This document shows, in pieces, positions 48,109 through 57,061 of a DNA stretch of 64,000 nt; position 1 is the stretch's first letter; every line of letters begins with the position of its first letter. The position numbers and the translations under genes were made by a program. Origin of the DNA: an archaeon (GTDB lineage Archaea; Nanobdellota; Nanobdellia; Woesearchaeales; GW2011-AR9); the NCBI GenBank assembly GCA_023265925.1, contig JAHFSD010000002.1, positions 2,569 through 66,568 on the forward strand, in the 5' to 3' direction. The notes beneath the pieces are model-generated. The model saw nothing but the letters and a program-made list of their open reading frames with translations, searched no databases and was not told the DNA's origin.

Positions 48109-48603
48109 GTGATTGTGAAACTCTTCAGTGGTTTGATGGTACTTCTGCTGCTGCTGGGCTGTTTGCCCTGGCAATCACCAAGTGGAAATTCCGATCCATC
48201 AGCAGCACTACCTCCAGAAGTAAAAGCAAAAGATCATTCTTCTGCTCCTTCCTCCCAAACCAGGCAGCAGCCTTTTCAACCCTCGAGAATTCCTTCTTCC
48301 GGCTCGAGCATCGAAGTAACGGCCACCATTACTCATCCCGCCACCATTCTGGGCAAGCCCGGCTTTTCACCTGCCGAATTGGCCATTGAAGCCGGCGATT
48401 CGGTAACATGGACTAACCACGATCCGCAGAAAAAAGTGTTGGTATTGACGTTTCAGAAAGCCGGCACCCGTGAATTTATCACCAGCCGGGCCATTCGGCC
48501 GGGAAGGGAATGGGATCACGTCTTCACTGAGCCGGGTGAGTATATTTATTGGACGGTGGGGTATGGGGTGAAAGGGAAAGTGATGGTGAGGGAAGAGCAG
48601 TAG
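48109..48603 (+). CDS. Cupredoxin-fold lipoprotein lacking type-1 copper ligands
   Basis: LLGC lipobox; FSPAELAIEAGDSVTWTN, FTEPGEYIYW..GVKGKV with no Cys/His/Met. Confidence 0.75.
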   Translation: MIVKLFSGLMVLLLLLGCLPWQSPSGNSDPSAALPPEVKAKDHSSAPSSQTRQQPFQPSRIPSSGSSIEVTATITHPATILGKPGFSPAELAIEAGDSVTWTNHDPQKKVLVLTFQKAGTREFITSRAIRPGREWDHVFTEPGEYIYWTVGYGVKGKVMVREEQ

Positions 48604-48606
48604 ATT

Positions 48607-49590
48607 TTATTTCCCATACATCTCCGGATTCACCAAAAAGGGCGGTTTCTTCCCCCGCAGCACCGCCAGAATATTCTCGGCCGCATCCAGCGACATCTCT
48701 GACCGGGCTTCCACCGTGGCAGAAGCAGTATGGGGAGTAAGAACAACATTATCGAGCTTAGTGAGCCCCGCCGCCAGTTTTGGCTCAAATTCATAGACGT
48801 CCAGGCCAGCACCAGCGATTTGCTTTCTCTTGAGGGCCTGTATTAACGCTTTTTCATCCACCACTGGCCCCCGGCTGGTATTAATGAGATAAGCAGTCTT
48901 CTTCATCAACGATAATTCTTTTTTCCCGATTAAATGGTGGGTGGTAGGCAATAAAGGGACGTGCAGCGAAACAAGGTCTGCTGTTTTCAGCAATTCCGAG
49001 AGGGAACAATAACGGGCGGTAAATTCCTTTTCAAACCAGGGATTACGTTTCACGTCATGATACACTACTTTCATGCCCAAGGCTACTGCTCTTCTGGCGA
49101 CGCCAGAACCAATTCTTCCCAAACCGACAATACCGATGGTTTTTCCCACCAATTCCATGCCCATCAACAGCTGCGGTTCCCAGCCGTGATATTTTCCAGC
49201 GCGGATGAAACGGTCAGCTTCGGCGATGCGACGGCAGACGGCTAACATCAGGGCAAAAGTATGCTCGGCCACTGCATCCACAATGGCTCGGCCGGGCGTG
49301 TTGGTGACGGGAATACCTTTCTGAGTAGCATAACGCACATCAATATTGTTGAAGCCGATGGCATAGTTAGAAATGACTTTTAGGTTGGGATTGGCGTCAA
49401 TTACTTCTTGGTCAATCTTATCCGTCAGCAGGCACAGCAGGGCATCTCCCCATTTCACGCCTTTAAGGATTTCTTCCCGGGGAATTATTTGGTCTTTTGG
49501 ATAGACTTTGACCAGACAGGATTTTTGCAGGAGTCTAATTCCAGAATCCATGATCTGGCGGGTGACGAAGACTTTTGGTTTAGTTGGCAT
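48607..49590 (-). CDS. D-2-hydroxyacid dehydrogenase (glyoxylate/hydroxypyruvate reductase)
   Basis: GLGRIG, INTSRGPVVDE, AGLDVYEFEP, TPHTAS. Confidence 0.92.
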   Translation of the reverse strand: MPTKPKVFVTRQIMDSGIRLLQKSCLVKVYPKDQIIPREEILKGVKWGDALLCLLTDKIDQEVIDANPNLKVISNYAIGFNNIDVRYATQKGIPVTNTPGRAIVDAVAEHTFALMLAVCRRIAEADRFIRAGKYHGWEPQLLMGMELVGKTIGIVGLGRIGSGVARRAVALGMKVVYHDVKRNPWFEKEFTARYCSLSELLKTADLVSLHVPLLPTTHHLIGKKELSLMKKTAYLINTSRGPVVDEKALIQALKRKQIAGAGLDVYEFEPKLAAGLTKLDNVVLTPHTASATVEARSEMSLDAAENILAVLRGKKPPFLVNPEMYGK

Positions 49591-49641
49591 GCCTTGAGAA
49601 ATATTCTTTTATATTTAAAGGTTGGTGACGATAGATTCTCC

Positions 49642-49843
49642 CTAATCATCGGCATAGGCCTGTTTAATCGTTGTAAGTAGTTGAAATTTCTTTCCTAATT
49701 TTAATTTTATCTTTGCCCTTTCAGCTGCTCTTACACTTTCGGCAGATAAAGCGTTGCTTTTTACCACATTGGTTATAGCGGAATCCCGCTCTCACAATAT
49801 TCTCAAACGATTTACAAAAGATACAGGGCGTTTTCATATCCAT
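49642..49843 (-). pseudogene. Internally deleted transposase remnant: zinc-ribbon N-terminus joined out of frame to a C-terminal tail
   Basis: 49843-49721 = MDMKTPCIFCKSFENIVRAGFRYNQCGKKQRFICRKCKSS*; overlapping frame AAERAKIKLKLGKKFQLLTTIKQA. Confidence 0.6.
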
Positions 49844-49912
49844 CACCAGGTTAAAGAAAAGAAGTACTTATATCTAAATATGCTTAAGATTAAACGGTGT
49901 CACTCCGGCGCA

Positions 49913-49924
49913 ATCTTTATAAAC
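49913..49924 (+). promoter_or_regulatory. Putative TATA box of the r-protein operon
   Basis: atctttataaac about 25 nt before the structured leader. Confidence 0.45.
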
Positions 49925-49943
49925 CACCCCCTGTCCCTAGCAC

Positions 49944-50181
49944 AAATCCGTTATCACACTGGCCAGCAGGACTGGTTTATTGATATAGAGAATTCCGCTA
50001 ATTGAGTGACATATTGGCGGAATTCTTATATAGTCAATTCCGAAAAGGATGTAACCTAATAATCGGAATTGACTATACCGGTGAGCTGCCTGCAAAGGCA
50101 ACCATCCTTGGTGTTCTGGGATGGAAGCCAGATAAAGGCAATTTGTACGAGTACCGTATCAATTGGCTTGGGCAACGAGAT
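49944..50181 (+). promoter_or_regulatory. Candidate structured 5' leader of the rpl3 operon, interrupted by MITE A3
   Basis: Multibranch fold ctggc/gccag with actggt/accggt, tgcct-GCAA-aggca and ccatcc/ggatgg arms. Confidence 0.5.
49984..50077. mobile_element. MITE-like element, family A, copy 3 (divergent, compensatory changes)
   Basis: 94 bp, TA-flanked; gaattccgc/gcggaattc and tatagtcaattccga/tcggaattgactata hairpins align with copies 1 and 2. Confidence 0.75.
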
Positions 50182-50226
50182 AAATATAGATGAGATAATT
50201 ATAGTATAGAATAGAGTATTATACAA

Positions 50227-51186
50227 ATGGGTAATATCCGCCATCCCCGACGGGGGAGTTTGCAGTACTGGCCGCGGAAACGCGCCAAGCATTCGTTAGC
50301 GAGAGTGCGTTCCTGGATTGCCGAAAGCAAGGCTAAACCGCTGGCCTTTATCGGCTATAAAGCCGGCATGACCCACCTGATGCTGACCGACAACCGGCCC
50401 AAGTCGCTGACCAAAGGCGAATCTATCGCCGTTCCTTCCACGATTATTGAATGCCCGCCGCTGAAAGTGGCCGGCCTGGCCTTCTACAAAATGACCATGA
50501 ATGGGCTGCAGAAAGTAACTTCCTTGATTTCTAATCCGGAAAAACATCTCTCCCGGTTAATTCCCCTCGCCAAAAAACAGCCCAAGGAATTTCCTGCCCC
50601 GGAAACCTTTGATGATCTGCGATTGCTGGTTCATACCACGACGGAATCCATTCCCGCCGGCACCAAAAAGCCAAAGTTATTGGAAGTTGCCATCGGCGGG
50701 ACAAAAGACGAGAAAATTAAGTATGCCCAAAGCCTGCTGGGGAAAGAACTGGCCATTACTGACGTGTTTGATCCGGGAAATCAGGTTGATGTTCGCGGCA
50801 TTACCAAAGGCAAGGGCTTTCAGGGAACGGTCAAGCGTTACGGCGTTCCCGTGCGGCAGCACAAGGCAGAAAAAACTAAACGCGGCATTGCCACTCTAGG
50901 ATCATGGACGCCTAAGCGGGTAGAGTTTACGGTTGCCCAGCCCGGACGGATGGGCTACCATCTCCGGACAGAATATAACAAGCAGATCCTGAAGATTGGC
51001 ACAAAAGGGAGTGAGGTGACGCCGGCGGGCGGGATCACCAAATATGGCCTTGTCCGGAATTCCTATCTTCTGCTTAAAGGTTCGGTGATGGGACCACGAA
51101 AACGGGCCGTCGTGATGACTGCTCCCTACCGGCCGAATTATAAAGTGCCTAAGGATGCTCCGGAAATAACCTACATTTCCAAATGA
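50227..51186 (+). CDS. rpl3: 50S ribosomal protein uL3
   Basis: PRRGSLQYWPRKR, GYKAGMTH, TKGKGFQG. Confidence 0.97.
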   Translation: MGNIRHPRRGSLQYWPRKRAKHSLARVRSWIAESKAKPLAFIGYKAGMTHLMLTDNRPKSLTKGESIAVPSTIIECPPLKVAGLAFYKMTMNGLQKVTSLISNPEKHLSRLIPLAKKQPKEFPAPETFDDLRLLVHTTTESIPAGTKKPKLLEVAIGGTKDEKIKYAQSLLGKELAITDVFDPGNQVDVRGITKGKGFQGTVKRYGVPVRQHKAEKTKRGIATLGSWTPKRVEFTVAQPGRMGYHLRTEYNKQILKIGTKGSEVTPAGGITKYGLVRNSYLLLKGSVMGPRKRAVVMTAPYRPNYKVPKDAPEITYISK

Positions 51187-51193
51187 AACCAAA

Positions 51194-52000
51194 ATGAAAC
51201 TGCCCATCATTACGCTACAACAAGAACGAAAGGGAGAACGAGCCTTGCCCAGCCAGTTCCAGGAAGCGTATCGCCCGGACTTAATTCGCCGGGCCGTGCA
51301 GGCCCTGCAGAGCCGGCAGCGCCAGCCCTATGGTGCTTCGCCAACAGCAGGATTGCGTCATGCGCATGACGTCAGCAAGCGCCGGCGGGATTATAAGACC
51401 AGCTATGGCAAGGGAATAAGCCGGGTTGCCCGCAAAGTGCATACCAAGCGAGGCATGCAGATGAATTGGGTGGGGACATTTTCCCCGCAGACGGTGGGAG
51501 GAAGGCGGGCGCATCCGCCGAAAGCAATGAAGATCTGGGCGCAGAAAATCAATCAGAAGGAAAACCGCAAGGCAATTCGTTCCGCCATGGCGGCCACGGT
51601 GAGCAGGCAATTGGTCCAGCAGCGCGGGCATAAACTGCCGGAAGGGTATCCGTTTATCATTGATGCTGCCCTGGAAACGATGAATAAGACTGCGGAAGTG
51701 GAAAAAGCCCTCACTGCTTTTGGTTTTGAGCAGGAATTAGCCCGTTCGGGACAGAAAAAAATCCGGGCCGGAAAAGGCAAACGGCGCGGGCGGAAATATA
51801 AACGCAAGAAAGGCATTTTAATTGTGGTGAGTGGCGATTGCCCTTTATTGAAAGCAGGAAAAAACATTCCCGGGACGGAGATCATTCCCGTCCGGGCCCT
51901 GAATGCCGATCTGCTTGCTCCTGGCGGGTTGCCCGGGCGCGTCACGCTTTGGACGAGTACCGCGCTTGATCAGGTCGAGCAGAAGAAATTATTCACTTAA
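51194..52000 (+). CDS. rpl4: 50S ribosomal protein uL4
   Basis: RPDLIRRAV, GGRRAHPPK, LAPGGLPGR. Confidence 0.97.
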   Translation: MKLPIITLQQERKGERALPSQFQEAYRPDLIRRAVQALQSRQRQPYGASPTAGLRHAHDVSKRRRDYKTSYGKGISRVARKVHTKRGMQMNWVGTFSPQTVGGRRAHPPKAMKIWAQKINQKENRKAIRSAMAATVSRQLVQQRGHKLPEGYPFIIDAALETMNKTAEVEKALTAFGFEQELARSGQKKIRAGKGKRRGRKYKRKKGILIVVSGDCPLLKAGKNIPGTEIIPVRALNADLLAPGGLPGRVTLWTSTALDQVEQKKLFT

Positions 52001-52003
52001 ACC

Positions 52004-52297
52004 ATGGCAAAAAAAATACAACCGCCAACCGGAACAGTTAATCCCTATACCATCTTAAAGTATCCTCTCTCAACGGAGAAAAGCATCCGGCAGATGGAAT
52101 TTGAGAACAAAATCGTGTTCGTGGTGGATCCCGGCGCCACGAAACCAGATATCAAGCGGGCTCTGGAAGAGCTGTTTAAGGTCAAAGTGCTGAAGGTGAA
52201 CCTGCAGAATGCCTTTACGGGAGAAAAGCGAGCATATATAAAGCTGCGGCCGGAACATCTGGCTTCCGATATCGGGGCAGAACTAGGGTTGATTTAA
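52004..52297 (+). CDS. rpl23: 50S ribosomal protein uL23
   Basis: YPLSTEKS, KRAYIKL. Confidence 0.96.
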   Translation: MAKKIQPPTGTVNPYTILKYPLSTEKSIRQMEFENKIVFVVDPGATKPDIKRALEELFKVKVLKVNLQNAFTGEKRAYIKLRPEHLASDIGAELGLI

Positions 52298-52298
52298 C

Positions 52299-53012
52299 AT
52301 GGGTAAAAATCTCATTCAACAGCGTCGTGGACGAGGCTCGTTACTGTATCGCTCACCTGGCTTTCGCTTTCAGGGAGCGGTCAAGCATAGCGCCGAGACG
52401 GCCACGACGGTCACGGGAAGAGTGGATGACATCATCCATTGTGCTGGCCACTCGGCGCCCTTGCTGCAACTCTCTTTATCGACTGGTACCTCCGCGTTGG
52501 TATTTGCGCCGGAAGGCATCAGTGTCGGTGCTGAGCTTCAGATCAATACCACGGAAGTGAAGGACGGCAATGTCCTGCCCTTATCGGCCATCCCGGAGGG
52601 AACGGCAATTCATAACATTGAGCTTCATCCCGGTGATGGAGGAAAAGTAGTTCGTTCCTCGGGAACGTCGGCTCGCATCGTGGCAAAAACGGAACAGGGC
52701 GTGCTCATAAAATTGCCATCACGAAAAGAGCGGTTATTTCAGCCGGCCTGCCGGGCAGCGATCGGTGTGGTGGCGGGCGCCGGAAGATTAGAGAAGCCCT
52801 TCCTGAAAGCGGGGACGCGCTTCTGGAAGATGAAAGCCAAGAATAAGCTCTATCCGCGGGTCTGCGGCATTTCCATGAACGCGGTCGATCATCCGTTTGG
52901 CGGGAAGGGCTCCCATACCAAAGGGCGGCCGACCCAGTCGCCGAGAAGTGCTCCCCCCGGACGAAAAGTGGGAAAGATTGCACCAAGAAGGACGGGAAGA
53001 AGGAAGATGTAA
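52299..53012 (+). CDS. rpl2: 50S ribosomal protein uL2
   Basis: MGKNLIQQRRGRG, MNAVDHPFGG, PPGRKVG. Confidence 0.97.
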   Translation: MGKNLIQQRRGRGSLLYRSPGFRFQGAVKHSAETATTVTGRVDDIIHCAGHSAPLLQLSLSTGTSALVFAPEGISVGAELQINTTEVKDGNVLPLSAIPEGTAIHNIELHPGDGGKVVRSSGTSARIVAKTEQGVLIKLPSRKERLFQPACRAAIGVVAGAGRLEKPFLKAGTRFWKMKAKNKLYPRVCGISMNAVDHPFGGKGSHTKGRPTQSPRSAPPGRKVGKIAPRRTGRRKM

Positions 53013-53067
53013 TAGTAAATCTTATCAATAATAAAAAATAACAAAATAATAATAATATAATCACAAA

Positions 53068-53448
53068 ATGGTCAAAGAATTTCGCTGGCACGGGAAGACG
53101 GAAGAGGAAGTGAAGAAGTTAGACCTTCGTGAATTCCTGCCGCTCGTTCCGGCACGAGCCAGGCGCAGCCTGAAACGCGGCTTTACCGATTTACAGAAAC
53201 GATTGCTGGCCCGGGTGGAAAAAGATGAAAAAAACATCCGCACCCAGTGCCGCGACATGATCATCATCCCCAGCATGATCGGGAAAACTATCAAAGTGCA
53301 TCATGGCCGGGATTATCTGCCGGTCCTGATCACGGTGGAAATGCTTGGCCACACGCTGGGGGAATTTGTCATGACCCGCAAGCCCGTCAGCCACAGTGCT
53401 GCCGGCATCGGTGCCACACGATCAAGCAAAGCCATCTCCGCACGATAA
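53068..53448 (+). CDS. rps19: 30S ribosomal protein uS19
   Basis: [24 protein letters not shown]. Confidence 0.97.
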   Translation: MVKEFRWHGKTEEEVKKLDLREFLPLVPARARRSLKRGFTDLQKRLLARVEKDEKNIRTQCRDMIIIPSMIGKTIKVHHGRDYLPVLITVEMLGHTLGEFVMTRKPVSHSAAGIGATRSSKAISAR

Positions 53449-53460
53449 CCATAAATCATC

Positions 53461-54033
53461 ATGAAAACCATGGCCACGACCACAACACCATCATCAGCAA
53501 CTCCACTGACTGCCATCGCTACGATGCGGAACGTGCCAATCTCGACTAAGCATGCCGTAATGGTTTGCCGCAGCGTGCGCTATCAGGATACCGCTTCCGC
53601 CAAGAAACTGTTGAATGAGGTCATGGCCCTGAAGACGCCCATAGCCTATCCGCGCTCTAACTTTGACTTGGGCCATCGGCGGGGGATTGGGCCGGGCCGT
53701 TATCCACAGAAAGTGGCCAGGGAAGTATTGCGCCTGATTAAATCGGCAGAAGCGAATGCACAGGTGAAAGGATTAACTACGACCAATTTAAAAATCACTA
53801 AGCTGATGGCACACAAAGCATCTATTCCATTTACGGGAAACCGCTGGTTTCACCGCACCAAGCGGTCGCACCTGGAGATTGAAGTGCAGGAGAGGAAAGT
53901 GAAGGAGAGAAAGGTGAAGGAAACAGCAAAGGAAGGAAAGAAAGAAGAAGGAAAGGCAGGAAAAGCTCGAATGGAAAAGGGGCCAACAGCAGGGACAAAA
54001 CAGCCAGCTCTACAACAGGAGAACCATGATTGA
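53461..54033 (+). CDS. rpl22: 50S ribosomal protein uL22 with charged C-terminal extension
   Basis: ISTKHA, GRYPQK, SAEANA. Confidence 0.95.
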   Translation: MKTMATTTTPSSATPLTAIATMRNVPISTKHAVMVCRSVRYQDTASAKKLLNEVMALKTPIAYPRSNFDLGHRRGIGPGRYPQKVAREVLRLIKSAEANAQVKGLTTTNLKITKLMAHKASIPFTGNRWFHRTKRSHLEIEVQERKVKERKVKETAKEGKKEEGKAGKARMEKGPTAGTKQPALQQENHD

Positions 54034-54907
54034 ACGCAACTTCATTGCTCAGAAGACGAAAGAGTACTACCTTAAGAAATATATTAAGAATATGCTGACC
54101 AATGTCGGTATTTCGCAAATCAAGCTGAAAAAAATCCCTTTAGGTGAGAAAATCATCATTCACACCAGCCGGCCCAGCCTGGTGGTCGGGTCCAAGGGAT
54201 CTAACATCAAGGATTTGACCAGGACGCTGAAGAAAGAGTTTCAGCTGGAGAATCCGCAGGTGGAGATCAATGAAGTCAAAAATATCTTTTTGGATGCCCA
54301 GCTGGTTGCGGAGAAAATCGCTTCCTCGTTAGAGCGCTTTGGCTCAGCGCGTTTCAAAAGTGTCGGGCATAAAATTATGGAGAATGTGATGAATTCCGGT
54401 GCCTTAGGGGTGGAATTAGTGATTTCCGGCAAGATTCCCAGTGCCCGTGCCAAGAGTTGGCGGTTTTATCAGGGCTACCTGAAGAAATGCGGGGACATTG
54501 CCGTGGTCGGCGTGCGGCATGCGCAAGCTGCTGCTTTGCTCAAAAGCGGCATCATTGGCATTAAAGTCTCGATCATGCCGCCGGATTTACAGTTGCCGGA
54601 TCATGTCGAAGTCTTGGACGAGCCGATCAAGGTCGTGGAAGTAATTCCCACTGAACCGGAAAAAGCGGAAAAGAAGCGCAAGAGGGCAGCCAAATCAACG
54701 CCAAAAAAGAAGACGGTCAGGAAAAAAGAAGAACAATCAGGGAAAGCAGCGGCAGATAGCGGCAGCGTCCCAGCAGCAGCACTACTACCATCGGGACCGC
54801 CTGTTGTACAACCTGCTGCACTACCTGTTGTACCGGAAGAGTTGGCGGAAACTGCAACAGAAACAGCAACAACAGCAGCAACAGTAGAGAACGGTGAAGG
54901 GCAATGA
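54026..54907 (+). CDS. rps3: 30S ribosomal protein uS3 with Lys/Ala/Thr-rich tail
   Basis: RPSLVVGSKG, GALGVELVISGK, GIIGIKV. Confidence 0.96.
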   Translation: MIERNFIAQKTKEYYLKKYIKNMLTNVGISQIKLKKIPLGEKIIIHTSRPSLVVGSKGSNIKDLTRTLKKEFQLENPQVEINEVKNIFLDAQLVAEKIASSLERFGSARFKSVGHKIMENVMNSGALGVELVISGKIPSARAKSWRFYQGYLKKCGDIAVVGVRHAQAAALLKSGIIGIKVSIMPPDLQLPDHVEVLDEPIKVVEVIPTEPEKAEKKRKRAAKSTPKKKTVRKKEEQSGKAAADSGSVPAAALLPSGPPVVQPAALPVVPEELAETATETATTAATVENGEGQ

Positions 54908-55134
54908 AAATCATGAAAGAACTGCGTGATCTCAACCGGGAAGAACTTCATTCCCGGCAGCGGGAGTTGCAGAAGGAGCTGTTAAAGCTGAACGTCTCTG
55001 TTTCCACCGGCGTGAATCCTGCTAATCCGGGAAAACTCCGGCTGGCTAAAAAGAACATTGCCCGCCTCACCATGCTGCTCAGCGAGAAACAAAATATCCA
55101 CGAGAAACAAAATCAGGAGGTCTCCCGGCGATAA
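54904..55134 (+). CDS. rpl29: 50S ribosomal protein uL29
   Basis: NPGKLRLAKKNIARLT. Confidence 0.95.
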   Translation: MKIMKELRDLNREELHSRQRELQKELLKLNVSVSTGVNPANPGKLRLAKKNIARLTMLLSEKQNIHEKQNQEVSRR

Positions 55135-55137
55135 ACC

Positions 55138-55446
55138 ATGGTGGATGTCTGTAACCAGTGTGGACTGCCGCAGGACTTATGCGTCTGTGAGACAATTGCC
55201 CGTGAGCAGCAGAGAATCACCGTGCAGATTGAAAGAAGAAAGTTTGGGAAAAAATATACCATTGTCGGCGGGATGGGCAAGGAAGCTAACATTGAGGAAA
55301 TCCTGCGTAAATTGAAAAACAAGTTTGCCTGTGGCGGCACGGCCAAGACCGGGCAAATCGAGCTGCAGGGTGACCATACTACCAGAATGAAAGCAGCGTT
55401 AGTCGAGCTGGGTTTTCCGGTAGAAACCATTGATGTAAAAGTGTGA
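55138..55446 (+). CDS. sui1: Translation initiation factor SUI1/aIF1
   Basis: CGLPQDLCVCE, LKNKFACGGT, IELQGDH. Confidence 0.95.
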   Translation: MVDVCNQCGLPQDLCVCETIAREQQRITVQIERRKFGKKYTIVGGMGKEANIEEILRKLKNKFACGGTAKTGQIELQGDHTTRMKAALVELGFPVETIDVKV

Positions 55447-55482
55447 AACTGTCAAACTATAAAATCATAAAACTGTCAAACT

Positions 55483-55728
55483 ATGAAACCATTTGCCGGA
55501 GAGCTGATCGGGAAGACCATTGAGATTGTGGGGGCCACGAATCCAACACTGAACGGAAAGAAAGGAACCATCATCAACGAAACCAAAATGACCATCACTT
55601 TACGCCAGGGAACGCGAATGAAAACAATCCTGAAAAGTGCCATTGTGCGCTTGAAATTGGCCGACCGCCTGTTGGAAGGAAGAAGCCTTCTGGGCCGGAC
55701 GGAGGAACGACTTAAATGGCATCACTAA
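55483..55728 (+). CDS. rnp1: Ribonuclease P protein subunit Rpp29
   Basis: ELIG, GTIINETK, GRTEERLK; conserved operon position. Confidence 0.88.
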   Translation: MKPFAGELIGKTIEIVGATNPTLNGKKGTIINETKMTITLRQGTRMKTILKSAIVRLKLADRLLEGRSLLGRTEERLKWHH

Positions 55729-55824
55729 TAGCACCACTAATATATACCACTAATATGATACCACTACTAATGGCATCATTAACATACATCACTAACATGA
55801 CATCAGTAACATGGCACCACTAAC
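55716..55824 (+). repeat. About 8 degenerate 12-17-nt tandem repeats spanning the rnp1 stop and rps17 start
   Basis: atggcatcactaat ... atggcaccactaac. Confidence 0.85.
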
Positions 55825-56134
55825 AGTGCTGGGTGTGGCGTCCCCCGCCAAAAGCTGTACGGACGGGAAATGTCCCTTCCACGGAACGGTTACGGTAAAG
55901 AAAGAACTCTTTACCGGGAAGGTGGTTAAGAAAGACATCAATCGTTCCGCCACCATTGAATGGTTCCACTCACAGTACATTCCCAAGTATGAACGGTTTG
56001 CCTGGCGCCGGTCGCGAATGCGAGTGCATAACCCCTCCTGCCTTGACGCTGCTCCCGGTCAGAACGTGCTGGTGGCTAAAACGCGGCCGTTAAGCAAGAC
56101 AAAACATCACGTCATCCTGAAGGTGATCTCATGA
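55811..56134 (+). CDS. rps17: 30S ribosomal protein uS17
   Basis: CTDGKCPFHG, PKYER, TRPLSKTK. Confidence 0.96.
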   Translation: MAPLTVLGVASPAKSCTDGKCPFHGTVTVKKELFTGKVVKKDINRSATIEWFHSQYIPKYERFAWRRSRMRVHNPSCLDAAPGQNVLVAKTRPLSKTKHHVILKVIS

Positions 56135-56532
56135 AAGCGTTACCGAGCAGGATCGGGCGGCCCCTGCCCTTGCAGGCGACGGTAGAAGTCTGTGACAATT
56201 CCGGCGCTAAGCTGTTGAAGATCGTCGCCGTGAAAGGGCATAAAACTGTTCGCGGACGGGTGCCCGCTGCTGGTATCGGTGATTTTGTCCTAGCGTCGGT
56301 GAAGAAGGGGAAGTTAGAGCTGCGTAAAACGGTGGTGCCAGCCATCATTGTGCGGCAGCGCAAAGAATTCCGCCGGGCCGACGGCATGCGCGTTCAATTT
56401 GAGGACAATGCCGCCGTCGTGCTGAAAGACGACAAAGGAAATCCCAAAGGGACATTATTTAAGGGTCCGATCGCCAAAGAAGTTGCCGAGCGCTGGCCGG
56501 CAGTAGCTAAAGTAGCCAGCATGATACTGTAA
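56131..56532 (+). CDS. rpl14: 50S ribosomal protein uL14
   Basis: CDNSGAK, FEDNAAV, GPIAKE. Confidence 0.97.
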   Translation: MKALPSRIGRPLPLQATVEVCDNSGAKLLKIVAVKGHKTVRGRVPAAGIGDFVLASVKKGKLELRKTVVPAIIVRQRKEFRRADGMRVQFEDNAAVVLKDDKGNPKGTLFKGPIAKEVAERWPAVAKVASMIL

Positions 56533-56571
56533 TGCATGATACTGAATGATACTGTAATTTAGAAAGCAAAA

Positions 56572-57027
56572 ATGATTGATATGATCAACAGGACTACCAT
56601 GACCAACCGGAAACCATTTTCCACCGCCTGGAACAGCAGCACCCGGCCGGGGAAGCAGCGGAAGTATAGCTATACTGCCCCGCTTCATCGCCGGCAAGCC
56701 CTGATGCACGCTCACTTAGCCAGGGAACTGCGTACGAAGTACGGCTATCGCCACCTGCAGGTGCGCACGGGAGACACGGTCAAAGTAATGCGTGGCCAGT
56801 TTGCCAAAAAGGAAGGGAAAGTTGAACGCGTCCAGCTGCGCTATGGCAAAGTCTATGTGGCGGGCATAGAATTGATCAAGAAAGATGGCACGAAACGGCC
56901 GTATCCCCTTCACCCCTCTAATCTGCTGATCACGGCACTCGAATTAGGCGACCGATACCGTAAAGAAAAGTTAGAATCAAAAATCAGAATCAAAGAAAGA
57001 TCAGAATCAAAGCTCAAGAGCACGTAG
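56572..57027 (+). CDS. rpl24: 50S ribosomal protein uL24 (start may be 56599)
   Basis: PGKQRK, GDTVKVMRG, HPSNL. Confidence 0.95.
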   Translation: MIDMINRTTMTNRKPFSTAWNSSTRPGKQRKYSYTAPLHRRQALMHAHLARELRTKYGYRHLQVRTGDTVKVMRGQFAKKEGKVERVQLRYGKVYVAGIELIKKDGTKRPYPLHPSNLLITALELGDRYRKEKLESKIRIKERSESKLKST

Positions 57028-57061
57028 CTAAAGAACAGGTAAATAAAGAACACGGAAACAA

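Noticed and set aside
50002..50292. Short ORFs 50002-50193 (+) and 50056-50292 (-)
   Set aside because: They run through MITE A3 and the structured leader and show no protein motifs.
55716..55824. Possible CRISPR array
   Set aside because: Units are 12-17 nt, degenerate and adjacent, with no unique spacers and no cas genes.
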